A stretch of 43,949 nucleotides of DNA, from NCBI GenBank assembly GCA_947628415.1, contig CANQZU010000003.1, positions 1 to 43,949 on the forward strand. The letters run 5' to 3'. The translations under genes were made by a program, and so were the position numbers. Below are positions 1 through 9,512 of this stretch, piece after piece. Under the pieces are notes generated by a model. That model had not been told where the DNA came from. It worked only from the letters and a program-made list of their open reading frames with translations, and searched no databases. Source of the stretch: an uncultured Clostridia bacterium (GTDB lineage Bacteria > Bacillota > Clostridia > TANB77 > CAG-508). Every line of letters begins with the position of its first letter. The stretch's first letter is position 1.

Positions 1-107
1 TAACATATAATAAATATTTTAAATTTTTTATAATATACATATAATATACAAAACTCAAAATAAAAGATTATAAATAAACTTTTGTAATTTAGTAAGAGAT
101 AAAAATA

Positions 108-143
108 AAAACTCGGAAGTTTTACATACTTCCGAATTTTTTT
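108..143 (-). terminator. Rho-independent terminator after the 143..508 gene
   Basis: Inverted repeat TCGGAAGT/ACTTCCGA (113-120/128-135) flanked by A and T tracts. Confidence 0.7.
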
Positions 144-508
144 TAGTCTTCGTCTTCTAAAAAATTAATTTGTTCTTCACGATGTTGTTGTTTTTCTTGT
201 AAATTTTTGTACATTTCTTCATCAATTGAATCTTGATTATTTTCCATATAATTTTCAGTATTTTGATAATTTTGTTTTACATTTTCTAAATGCTCTTCTG
301 GTGAAATAAATTTATCTTCATCTTTAATTTTTCTTTCTAAATTTTCCATTTCAGCTTCACGAACTTTTTGAATTTTTTTAGCATTTTCTTTGTTTTCTGG
401 ATCTCCAATATCAGAATATTGTTCTAAATGACGTTCTGTTCTTGTATGCTTTTCTACTAAATTTTCCAAATTTTCTAATTGTCTATCTTTTTTTTCAAAA
501 TCTTCCAT
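143..508 (-). CDS. Acidic coiled-coil hypothetical protein, possibly two tandem Tlp (small spore protein)-like units
   Basis: ORF with GGAGG RBS; two related halves ending ...REAEMENLERKIKDE and ...REEQINFLEDED; Tlp resemblance is from memory only. Confidence 0.55.
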   Translation of the reverse strand: MEDFEKKDRQLENLENLVEKHTRTERHLEQYSDIGDPENKENAKKIQKVREAEMENLERKIKDEDKFISPEEHLENVKQNYQNTENYMENNQDSIDEEMYKNLQEKQQHREEQINFLEDED

Positions 509-588
509 GATAAAATTCCTCCTTTTTCAAATACTATAATTATAGCATTCACTTTTTTTAAAATTTTATCAATAGAAATTTTTGATAA

Positions 589-1309
589 TTATTGAATGAC
601 TTCTAATGCATCCATATTTTCATTCATTCCTTCTAAATTATAGTAAGTACTTGGTATATTTCCTACAATCATGTTTTCCATAAGTAGCACTTGATTCGTA
701 ATTTCTTGTGATATGTCTTCAAAAGGAGTTAAAATACTAACATAACATTTTACTTGTAAATACACTCGATGTAAAGTTTGATTAATTCCTTGTGACGTAA
801 ATTCACTTCTTAAATCTGTTTCAACATTTCCAATGGTACGAATCGTTATCTTTATACCTGGTCCTTTTCCTGCTAATAACTTAAAACCTGCAAAACTACC
901 GAATGGCAATTTCTACTTGATCTCTTCCCTTATTGTCAATTTCTACTTGAATTTTATTTGCTATATCAGAAATAATTTCATTAATTGGAATAACATTAGA
1001 TTTTATCATTCGAATATTTCCTTCATCATCTTTTTCTATACTAAACAATTCATCATATGTATGTTCTTTCATCACTTTTGTCGCTTGCTCATTGGATATT
1101 ATTGTAGCAATTGATTTAGCTCTATTTATACATAAAGTATCAAAAATAGGTAATACCGCATCTAAAATTAATTTCACTGTACTAAAGGCAATGATTAAAA
1201 TAATAAATATTGTTGTCATTTTTCTGGTTTTAGTGTTTTGCATTCTTTTTCCTGATTGAATTATAATTTTAGGAATTCGAATTCTGGGTCTTGAATAGAT
1301 TTTATGCAT
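589..1309 (-). CDS. yunB: Sporulation protein YunB, 239 aa after one +1 shift at CGG (extra base at 901)
   Basis: ORFs 896..1309 and 589..909 join as EIAI-[C]-GSFAG; C-terminal EFTSQGINQTLHRVYL motif; 721 nt = 240 codons + 1. Confidence 0.85.
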
Positions 1310-2849
1310 AACTCATTCCCATTTTTACATAACGAGGAATAAATAATTTTTGTCCTACCTGAATCACATTTTCATCTTCGATTCCATTTGTTCTTACAAT
1401 ATCCTCTACTGTACTTCCATATCTCTTAGCTATTTGCCATAAAGTATCTCCCTTTTTAACAATATAAATAATTAAATTATAATCTTCTTTTTCTCTTTCT
1501 CCACTTGTTTGAATTTCATCCATGACATTAATATTTGTATTTTGATATCTATCTTGATTCATCCATAAATCTATATTGCTCATAATTATTCCACCATCTT
1601 GTACAATAAAATCTTGGTTTGCAACTTCAATATCCAGTTTACTATTTGTACTTTCCACATTTTCTATTCCATCTACCATATATTCAAATGGAATTTTACT
1701 GTTTTTTATCTCCATTTGCATATCTTGATCCAATAAAACAAGATTTGCTTCTAGTACTCCTGTATAAATAATTCTATTTGCTGCATTATCTTGTTTCTCA
1801 ATAACAGGAACAATGTCTACATCTATTAAAGTTTTATTTTCCATTCCATCTACTTCTAATGTTTCTCTTATCTGTTTTAATTCTTTACGATTTTGTTTAT
1901 TAGCAATTGTGCTTATTTTCTTTTTATTAAATTCTAAATTTTCACAAGGACTATATAAATCTTGAATTAAATTAATTTGCTTTTCTTCGTATACATTACC
2001 AACTACTCCTATTTCTAATTCTATATAAATAGAATGCTCTTCTACTTGATTTGGTTTAATAACGATATTTTTAACTTCATAATCAATATCACAAATATTT
2101 TCTTCTGTAACATTTTGAATGTCAATAAAACCTACTACTGGTATTTTAGATTCTATCTTTTTTATTCGATTATCTTCTGTTAAATACATTAACTTTATTT
2201 TAGCATCCGCCTTAACTAAAATTTTATTATAACTTATTTTAACGTCTTTATCTCCAATACTCACATTTACTTTTAAAATTTCTGCTAAATTATCTGCATT
2301 ATCAATCGAAATAGTATCTTTGGCATATATTTTATTTTCTCCTACTCCTACTAGCGAATTTACTTTCAAATCTTCTTTTAACATTTGTATTCCTTCTGCA
2401 TTTTCTATGTGATTAACAATTTGAATATCTTCTTTCATATATAATTTAATATCTACTTCTAATGTTGCTTTTATACCAATTTTTCTTCCATTAATTACTT
2501 TACATTCAATAGATTTTAAATTTGTTTGTAAACTAAAATCCATTCCCTCTTTACTATTAGGAACTGGAATTATCTCTGAAAAATCTAGACTTGTATTAAT
2601 CCCTCTTATTTTATCTTTTGTATCATCCGCTAAATAAGTAATATAAGCATTAATGTTTCCGTCCATTCTAACTTTTTCTTCCAAAGTTTCTTTTTTGTAT
2701 ATACATACTACCCCACTTGTACAAATTGTGCTCAAAATATCTGGTTTTGAATCTGGTACTATCATATCTCCTTCTATCATTATTATGTCCTTTTTTCTAG
2801 CAATCAATTTATTTACACATAAATTCTCATTAACGGTATTTAAAATCAT
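1302..2849 (-). CDS. SPOCS (DUF3794) repeat plus C-terminal LysM spore coat morphogenetic protein (SipL-like)
   Basis: VPDSKPDI N-terminal motif, repeated SPOCS-type segments, C-terminal YIVKKGDTLWQIAKRY LysM; GGAGG RBS. Confidence 0.85.
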   Translation of the reverse strand: MILNTVNENLCVNKLIARKKDIIMIEGDMIVPDSKPDILSTICTSGVVCIYKKETLEEKVRMDGNINAYITYLADDTKDKIRGINTSLDFSEIIPVPNSKEGMDFSLQTNLKSIECKVINGRKIGIKATLEVDIKLYMKEDIQIVNHIENAEGIQMLKEDLKVNSLVGVGENKIYAKDTISIDNADNLAEILKVNVSIGDKDVKISYNKILVKADAKIKLMYLTEDNRIKKIESKIPVVGFIDIQNVTEENICDIDYEVKNIVIKPNQVEEHSIYIELEIGVVGNVYEEKQINLIQDLYSPCENLEFNKKKISTIANKQNRKELKQIRETLEVDGMENKTLIDVDIVPVIEKQDNAANRIIYTGVLEANLVLLDQDMQMEIKNSKIPFEYMVDGIENVESTNSKLDIEVANQDFIVQDGGIIMSNIDLWMNQDRYQNTNINVMDEIQTSGEREKEDYNLIIYIVKKGDTLWQIAKRYGSTVEDIVRTNGIEDENVIQVGQKLFIPRYVKMGMSYA

Positions 2850-2928
2850 AGTTTGACCTCCTCCTTTTTTCTTTATACCATGTATATTTAGAAGAGGACT
2901 TATTTATGACAAAATCAAAAAACAAAAA

Positions 2929-2968
2929 AAGATAAATGTAAGCACTTTTTTGTGTCTACATTTATCTT
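2929..2968 (-). terminator. Terminator hairpin downstream of veg
   Basis: AAGATAAATGTA...TACATTTATCTT inverted repeat with an adjacent A tract on + (U tract on -). Confidence 0.65.
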
Positions 2969-3016
2969 ATCATTTCATATGACTATACTTTTTATTATTT
3001 CTCGTTTTACTTTATT

Positions 3017-3313
3017 TTATAAAGATGTCTTTTTTCTTTTTGTTTCAATCGCTGGTGGTATTAACGGAGAATAAGAATCTCCATCAAATACTTCTACTTC
3101 TACAGTTCTTGTTAATACATCTGTATAACTATAAGTAACATTTCTATCATTTTCTTCATATTTTACTACGAAAATATTTGGATAGGCTTTTTCTATGGTA
3201 GCTTCTTTTTCAAAGGCTTTACTTCTTCCCAGAGAACCTTTAACAATTATCTTTTGACCCACTTTTTCTATGATGTCAGTTTTTAGATTTGCAATATCTG
3301 ATCGACAAATCAT
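3017..3313 (-). CDS. veg: Veg family protein
   Basis: GRSK..EKEATIEKAYPNIFVV and YSYTDVLT motifs; yabG-veg synteny. Confidence 0.9.
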   Translation of the reverse strand: MICRSDIANLKTDIIEKVGQKIIVKGSLGRSKAFEKEATIEKAYPNIFVVKYEENDRNVTYSYTDVLTRTVEVEVFDGDSYSPLIPPAIETKRKKTSL

Positions 3314-3342
3314 GCTATCACCTTCTCCCTTAAGATAGTCTG

Positions 3343-3371
3343 ATTATAGCATTTTTTGCATAAATTGTCAA
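3343..3371 (-). promoter_or_regulatory. Consensus sigma-A promoter of veg
   Basis: Minus strand TTGACA-17 nt-TATAAT with extended -10 TG. Confidence 0.9.
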
Positions 3372-3441
3372 AATTTGCAAACCCTTGTTGATTAGCTGTA
3401 TCCCTCTATTTTCAATGCTTACATCAATTGTTTTTCTTAAT

Positions 3442-3480
3442 TTTACAATTATATTACAGTTGTGTTACAATTGTGTTAAG
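3442..3480 (-). promoter_or_regulatory. Tandem 11-bp-period hexamer array (WalR/PhoP-type OmpR-family box)
   Basis: Minus strand TGTAAC-N5-TGTAAT-N5-TGTAAA, preceded by a degenerate CTTAAC. Confidence 0.6.
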
Positions 3481-3508
3481 TTGGTTTATTTTTAACTATA
3501 AATTTATT

Positions 3509-4358
3509 TTATTCTTTTACCATTTTTCCATTCGCACCAATTCCACTAACTCCTTTTTTTCCATCACGCAACTCTTTTGCAATATCATCAATAGTTATAT
3601 ATTTATATTGCTCTGTAAGAGCAATTTTTTCTGCTATTACTAATGGATCCAAAAAGTCAATTAAAATTCTTGCTGGAGAAGAGGCAAAATTAGCACCAGC
3701 TGACATTATTGCTTCAAAATAGCTTTGACAAGCGCCGAGCAAAAATTACTAAATGACTATTGCTTTCACTATCATATTTTCTTGCTTCTTTAACCGTTTG
3801 AATAAAATATTTAGAATTTCGATAATTATAAATATTATGGTAGTCTCTTCCCCCTTTTATCATTCCATCATGTCCTGTAATAACCAAAATATCTGGATGA
3901 TATGTGGTTAATAAAGAATATACTACTTTTGGTTGTCTATATTCTGGTATATTCTTTACAATTGCATGCAATCCTAATTTTTTATAGTAATAATAAGATT
4001 TTTCACTATACTTTTTATCTCCGTCTAAATGTAGAATTTTACCAGTAATCATTTTTTCTTTATTACGATTATTAGAACTTAATATTCCAATTTGATATTT
4101 AGAATATTTACTCATTCCTCGTTTTTCTACTATTTTTTGGTTTATTTTATTTTGCATTTTTTCTATTTTTTCTTGTCTACTTTTTTTATCTATTTTTTCT
4201 AAATCATCTAATGGACTATCTGCTTCAATTCTTTCAATAACACCTTTTAAAATAGCTATTTTTTGTCTTTTCGTACAAATTATGTTTGTAACTACAAATA
4301 GAATATCTTTCCCATAAGACTTCCTTGCTACAATATCTCCTTTTTTTATATTGCTCAT
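3509..4358 (-). CDS. yabG: Sporulation cysteine peptidase YabG, 282 aa after one +1 shift at CGG (extra base at 3737)
   Basis: GDIVARKSY, LHLDGD and ITGHD motifs; TTT GCT [C] GGC GCT TGT CAA restores VIFAGACQS; 850 nt = 283 codons + 1. Confidence 0.92.
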
Positions 4359-4385
4359 TTTATCACCTCTGATTTTTGGCTATTA

Positions 4386-4414
4386 TATTCTATGTCAAAA
4401 TCTGTCAAATCGTG
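4386..4414 (-). promoter_or_regulatory. Sigma-K-type promoter of yabG
   Basis: Minus strand CACG-16 nt-CATAGAATA matches AC-N16/17-CATAnnnTA; yabG is sigma-K dependent in Bacillus subtilis. Confidence 0.7.
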
Positions 4415-4440
4415 ACTTACCAACAAAGAGGTTTAAAATA

Positions 4441-4483
4441 AAAAAACCTTAAAGAAATAACAAACTTTGCTTATTCTTTAAGG
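4441..4483 (-). terminator. purH terminator
   Basis: CCTTAAAGAAATAA/TTATTCTTTAAGG hairpin with U tract on the minus strand. Confidence 0.7.
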
Positions 4484-4501
4484 TCTACTTTTAACCTAAT
4501 A

Positions 4502-6049
4502 TTAATGTTTAAAATGTCTCATTTTTGTGAATACCATAGCAATACCATATTCATTACATTTATCAATTGAATCTTGATCTTTAATGGATCCACCTGGTTG
4601 AATAATTGCTTTAATTCCTGCTTTATGGGCTTCCTCTACACAATCTGAAAATGGGAAGAAAGCATCAGAAGCTAAAACAGCTCCGTTAGTAATTCCTTTT
4701 TCAATTAATTCTTCTCCATGCTCAATAGCTTGTTTTGTTGCCCAAATTCGATTTACTTGTCCTGGTCCAATTCCAATAGATTGTTTTGCTTTTCCAATAG
4801 CAATTCCATTTGATTTTACATATTTTACAATCTTCCAAGTAAATAATAAATCTTCCATCTGCTCTTTTGTTGGCTTTGCATTAGTTACTACTTCATATTC
4901 ATCTAATAGTTTAGAATCAATTGTTTGAACAATAGCTCCCCCATTTATTTTCTTAATATCATATGCATTTTCTTTTTGTTTTACACAAACATCTGGAAGT
5001 TCTAATATTCTTACATTTTTCTTTTGTTTTAAAATCTCTAATGCTTGTGGTTCATAAGATGGTGCTACAATAACTTCTAAAAATATATCTTTCATTTCTT
5101 CTGCCATTGCTACACTTACTTGTCGATTTACTACTACAATTCCTCCAAATATAGAGGTTTTATCAGCTTGATATGCCTTTTTCCATGCTTCATAAATATT
5201 AGAACTACTACCTACACCACATGGATTTCCATGTTTACAAGCAACTACTGTTGGTTCTTCAAATTCTTTTAATAGTTCTAAAGCTCCATTAGTATCATTT
5301 ATATTATTAAAAGATAATTCTTTTCCATTCAATTGTTTAGCTGTCGTTAAAGATCCTTCACATTTTCCAATTTCTTTATATAAAGCTGCCTTTTGATGTG
5401 GGTTTTCTCCATAACGCATATCTTGTACTTTTTCATAAGTCAACGTTAATTTTTCTGGTAGACTTTCATCCTTTCTTTGCTCTTTAATATAATTAGCTAT
5501 CATAGCATCGTAATTTGCAGTATGTTCAAAAACTGTTTGCATTAATCTAAATTTAGTTTCCTGTGATACTTCACCCTGCTCTTCTAGTTCTTTTAAGACA
5601 ATATCATAATCTTCTGGATTAGTGATAACTGTTACATGCTTATAATTTTTGGCCGCACTTCGAAGCATAGTAGGCCCTCCAATATCGATATTTTCTACTG
5701 CTTCTTCTTGTGTTACTCCTTCTTTTAAAATAGTTTGTTTAAAAGGATATAAATTAACTACTACAAAATCAATTGTATCTATTTTTAATTCTTTCAATTG
5801 TTTTCTATGTTCTTCTTTATCTCTTCTAGCTAGAATACCTGCATGTACAGCTGGATGAAGTGTTTTTACTCTTCCATCTAGACATTCTGGAAATCCAGTT
5901 AGTTCTGATATTTCTTTTACTTTAATTCCTTCTTCTTTTAATTTTTTGTATGTTCCTCCTGTTGATATAATTTCAATTCCTTTTTTCTCTAATCTTTTTG
6001 CAAATTCTACAATTCCTGTTTTATCTGATACACTAATTAATGCCTTCAT
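4502..6049 (-). CDS. purH: Bifunctional AICAR transformylase/IMP cyclohydrolase
   Basis: [40 protein letters not shown] and RHFKH motifs. Confidence 0.98.
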   Translation of the reverse strand: MKALISVSDKTGIVEFAKRLEKKGIEIISTGGTYKKLKEEGIKVKEISELTGFPECLDGRVKTLHPAVHAGILARRDKEEHRKQLKELKIDTIDFVVVNLYPFKQTILKEGVTQEEAVENIDIGGPTMLRSAAKNYKHVTVITNPEDYDIVLKELEEQGEVSQETKFRLMQTVFEHTANYDAMIANYIKEQRKDESLPEKLTLTYEKVQDMRYGENPHQKAALYKEIGKCEGSLTTAKQLNGKELSFNNINDTNGALELLKEFEEPTVVACKHGNPCGVGSSSNIYEAWKKAYQADKTSIFGGIVVVNRQVSVAMAEEMKDIFLEVIVAPSYEPQALEILKQKKNVRILELPDVCVKQKENAYDIKKINGGAIVQTIDSKLLDEYEVVTNAKPTKEQMEDLLFTWKIVKYVKSNGIAIGKAKQSIGIGPGQVNRIWATKQAIEHGEELIEKGITNGAVLASDAFFPFSDCVEEAHKAGIKAIIQPGGSIKDQDSIDKCNEYGIAMVFTKMRHFKH

Positions 6050-6170
6050 AATAACCCTCCTTTTTCTCTATATCGTTATTATATAATAATTAATTTTAAT
6101 TTTCAATACGTTATTATCTTATTCTGGCAAATTGTAAAAACATGCAGAAAAAGAGAATTAGAATAAATCT

Positions 6171-6437
6171 CTAACTCTCTTTTTCCTTTAAATTACTATA
6201 TTTTAATTTAGTTGCCATGCCTCCTCTTATATGTCTTTCTGCTTTATTTTCATCTAGAATTACTCTGACTTCTTTTGCCAAGCCAGGATTAATCTTCTTG
6301 AGTCTCTCTGAAACATCTTTGTGTACTGTAGATTTTGAAATTCCAAATTTTTTGGCTGCTGCTCTTACAGTATCTTTTGAATCTATTATATAATGTGCTA
6401 AACAAACAGCACGATCTTCAATTGATATATTCTTCAT
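6171..6437 (-). CDS. spoIIID: Stage III sporulation protein D, transcription regulator
   Basis: TVRAAAKKFGISKSTVHKD and RHIRGGMATK motifs; start at second ATG after GGGGG RBS. Confidence 0.95.
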   Translation of the reverse strand: MKNISIEDRAVCLAHYIIDSKDTVRAAAKKFGISKSTVHKDVSERLKKINPGLAKEVRVILDENKAERHIRGGMATKLKYSNLKEKES

Positions 6438-6469
6438 AAAGCAAACCCCCATATGAATACTTTTGTTTA

Positions 6470-6498
6470 ATTGTATTCGGGCTATATTAGGGTTAGAA
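6470..6498 (-). promoter_or_regulatory. Possible sigma-E promoter of spoIIID
   Basis: Minus strand TTCTAAC-14 nt-AATACAAT resembles the sigma-E consensus; spoIIID is sigma-E dependent in model spore formers. Confidence 0.5.
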
Positions 6499-6512
6499 CT
6501 TTTTTATATCTT

Positions 6513-7160
6513 CTATTGAATTTCTTTCTTATTATTATAAATTTTATCTAATCTTTCATCTGGATAAGTTTTATCAATAAATTCATCTATAATTCCTTTA
6601 GGTGGAATATTTCTATGTCGTTCTTGCTGGCGATTACCTGCCATACATGATATAGTAATATCAAAAGCCATAAATATCATAAAAAATACTGTTACTATTT
6701 TCATTCCTTTTTTATCAAGAATGAAATCTATTTTTTCAAAAAGTGGATAAACAATCTTTAAATAAATAATAGCAATCATACCCCAGTATACACAATATAA
6801 TAAACATGTTCTTCCATTTAAATTCATAAACAAATTAGAATAATCCCATGAAATAGTTCTAAAAAATATTTCTTGAAAGAAAGAACATAAATATTCCAAA
6901 GAACCTCCCATGATCATTCCTGCAAAAAATGCCTTTTTAGGTTCTTGTATATTTGAAATTAAGATATAATAAGCTACTGCACCAATTCCATAAATTTGTA
7001 TAAATGGTCCATAAACTAAACCTTGTCTTATTTCTAACGTTCTCGTATAAACTAAAGCATATAACATTTCTGCTAAAAAACCAAATATACTACCTATTAC
7101 AAATATCCAAAATATTTTTATAATATAATTGATTATTTTCTTTTTCATATATTTCCCCAT
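6513..7160 (-). CDS. Putative ABC transporter permease (CmpB/TmcB-like) membrane protein
   Basis: G.VYGPF..IYG.G, EY..S...E, WDYS....NLNGR.C..Y..YWG pattern; hydrophobic. Confidence 0.75.
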   Translation of the reverse strand: MGKYMKKKIINYIIKIFWIFVIGSIFGFLAEMLYALVYTRTLEIRQGLVYGPFIQIYGIGAVAYYILISNIQEPKKAFFAGMIMGGSLEYLCSFFQEIFFRTISWDYSNLFMNLNGRTCLLYCVYWGMIAIIYLKIVYPLFEKIDFILDKKGMKIVTVFFMIFMAFDITISCMAGNRQQERHRNIPPKGIIDEFIDKTYPDERLDKIYNNKKEIQ

Positions 7161-7215
7161 TTACTTTCTTCATTGATATTATATATCAATTTTATTAAAA
7201 ATGAAAGTATTATTT

Positions 7216-7848
7216 TTATAATTCAAATCTCCCTTTTTTGATTTTTGGATAAATAAAAGAAATGAATAAAATTACGCAAATTGTTCCTAAACAAAAACCA
7301 GCTATAACATCACTAAAATAATGAACCCTTAAATAAATTCTACTAAATCCAATAATCAACGGAATACTACCTAAAACTATTATTAATAAATTCTTTATTT
7401 TTTTATTTTCTACTTTTTGACATATTAAGTATATTATTAAAATATAAAATGCTATATTATTAGTTGCATGACCAGACGGAAAGCTGTATCCTACTTCTTG
7501 TACGAGTCTTTCTTCAATTGGTGGTCTTGGTCTTTGAATGATATTTTTTAATAGTATATAAGAAATTGAACTAATCATTAAATTTAGCATAATTGCTATT
7601 CCATATTTTTTCTGATTTTTTATAATTAAAATCAAGAAAGTTATAAAAGCAATACTAAATAAACTAACAATTCCACCAAAGTTTGTTATTATTTTTAATA
7701 CTTTCGTAAAAATATCATTCTGGAAGTTTTGAATTACACCATAAATTTTATTATCTATGAATTGTGTTTTATCAAAATATAATCCTATCCATAGAACAAT
7801 TAATATTCCTATTAAAATTCCCAATAAAACTTTTTTTCTTTTCTTCAA
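7216..7848 (-). CDS. PAP2-family phosphatase (undecaprenyl-PP phosphatase-like)
   Basis: K....RPRP, SFPSGH and SRIYLRVHYFSDV motifs; TTG start chosen after AGGAG. Confidence 0.9.
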   Translation of the reverse strand: MKKRKKVLLGILIGILIVLWIGLYFDKTQFIDNKIYGVIQNFQNDIFTKVLKIITNFGGIVSLFSIAFITFLILIIKNQKKYGIAIMLNLMISSISYILLKNIIQRPRPPIEERLVQEVGYSFPSGHATNNIAFYILIIYLICQKVENKKIKNLLIIVLGSIPLIIGFSRIYLRVHYFSDVIAGFCLGTICVILFISFIYPKIKKGRFEL

Positions 7849-7931
7849 TTTTCTTACTCTCCTATTTTTTATTATAGCATATATAGAAAACATATGGTAT
7901 AATAGAATTAAATTTTATGGAGGTCAAAAAA

Positions 7932-9512
7932 ATGTTAAGGATTCACGCTATTCCAATTAGAAAAGACCTTTCAGATGAAGATGTCTTTCACATTGCTATT
8001 CAAAAATATCATATTCAAAAAGAAGAAGTTTTAGATTGGAAAATTTCTAAAAAATCTATTGATGCTCGAAAAAAAGATGATGTTCATTATACTTACTCTA
8101 TTGATTTACAAGTAAAAAATGAAAACAAATATCCTAATTTAGAAAAAATAAAAAAGTTTGAAATGCCAACTATCCAAATTAACCATCCTATTACTTCTCG
8201 ACCTGTTATTATTGGTTGTGGACCAGCAGGTCTTTTTAGTGCTCTCACTTTAGTTGAAAATCATGTTTCGCCTATTATTATTGAACAAGGTGAACCAATT
8301 GAAAAACGAAAAATAACAGTACAGCATTTTTTAGAGAAAGGTATTTTAAATCCTTCTTCAAATGTACAATTTGGAGAGGGTGGTGCTGGTACTTTTTCTG
8401 ATGGAAAACTAAATAGTGGAATCAATAGTCCTTTTTGTCAATCTGTTTTAAAAGAATTTGTTCGATTTGGTGCTCCTAAACAAATATTATATCTTTCTAA
8501 ACCTCATATTGGAACAGATTTATTACTTTCTGTTATTAAAAATATGAGAGAATATATGATAAAAAAAGGAGCTACTTTTCTTTTTCAGACAAAAGTAGAT
8601 GATTTTGAAATAACAAATCATAAAATCACTGCATTACATGCTATTTGTCAAAAATCTAAGCAAAGAATAGAAACAAATCATGTTATTTTAGCTATTGGTC
8701 ATAGTTCAAGAGATACCTTCGAAACTCTTTATCAAAGAGGTGTGTTTTTAGAACCTAAAAACTTTTCAGTTGGTGTTCGTATTGAACATTTACAAGAATG
8801 GATAAATCAATCACAATATGGTACCATTACTAAATTACATCTGCCACCAGCAGAATATAAATTAGCTTATCATTCTAATTGTAATCGTTCTTGCTATACT
8901 TTTTGCATGTGTCCAGGAGGACAAGTAATTGCTTCTTCTAGCGAGCCAAATACAATTGTTACAAATGGTATGAGTGAATTTTTAAGAAATGGAAAAAATG
9001 CAAATAGCGCTATTTTAGTTAACGTTACACCTCAAGATTTTGATAATGATTCTCCTCTAGCTGGAATTTCTTTTCAAAAAAAATTAGAAGAAAAAGCTTT
9101 TTATCTTGGAGGTTCTAATTATTATGCACCTGTTCAAAGAGTTGAAGACTTTTTACAAAATAAAAAATCCGAATGGATTGGTATTGTAAAACCAACCTAT
9201 CAACCCGGATATACTTTATCTAATTTAAATGAAATATTACCAGAGTTTGTATCTAATACTTTAAAAGAAGCCATCTCATTTTTTGATACTAAACTTCATG
9301 GTTTTGCTCACCCAGATAGTATTTTAACAGGAGTGGAAACTAGGAGTTCTTCCCCTGTCAAAATTACTCGAAATGAAAAATTTGTTTCAAATGTAAAAGG
9401 AATTTATCCTTGTGGAGAAGGCGCTGGTTATGCTGGAGGTATAATGTCAGCTAGTGTAGATGGTATAAAATGTGCACTTTCTCTATTAGGAAATCATTTA
9501 TTTACTTCTTAA
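7932..9512 (+). CDS. FAD-dependent oxidoreductase (uncharacterised dehydrogenase family)
   Basis: IIGCGPAG, FGEGGAGTFSDGKL, FCMCPGG and GEGAGYAGGI motifs; GGAGG RBS. Confidence 0.9.
   Translation: MLRIHAIPIRKDLSDEDVFHIAIQKYHIQKEEVLDWKISKKSIDARKKDDVHYTYSIDLQVKNENKYPNLEKIKKFEMPTIQINHPITSRPVIIGCGPAGLFSALTLVENHVSPIIIEQGEPIEKRKITVQHFLEKGILNPSSNVQFGEGGAGTFSDGKLNSGINSPFCQSVLKEFVRFGAPKQILYLSKPHIGTDLLLSVIKNMREYMIKKGATFLFQTKVDDFEITNHKITALHAICQKSKQRIETNHVILAIGHSSRDTFETLYQRGVFLEPKNFSVGVRIEHLQEWINQSQYGTITKLHLPPAEYKLAYHSNCNRSCYTFCMCPGGQVIASSSEPNTIVTNGMSEFLRNGKNANSAILVNVTPQDFDNDSPLAGISFQKKLEEKAFYLGGSNYYAPVQRVEDFLQNKKSEWIGIVKPTYQPGYTLSNLNEILPEFVSNTLKEAISFFDTKLHGFAHPDSILTGVETRSSSPVKITRNEKFVSNVKGIYPCGEGAGYAGGIMSASVDGIKCALSLLGNHLFTS

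Noticed and set aside
3428-3643. 71-aa plus-strand ORF
   Set aside because: Low-complexity F/L/I/Y composition typical of AT-rich antisense sequence; overlaps the yabG 3' end; no RBS.
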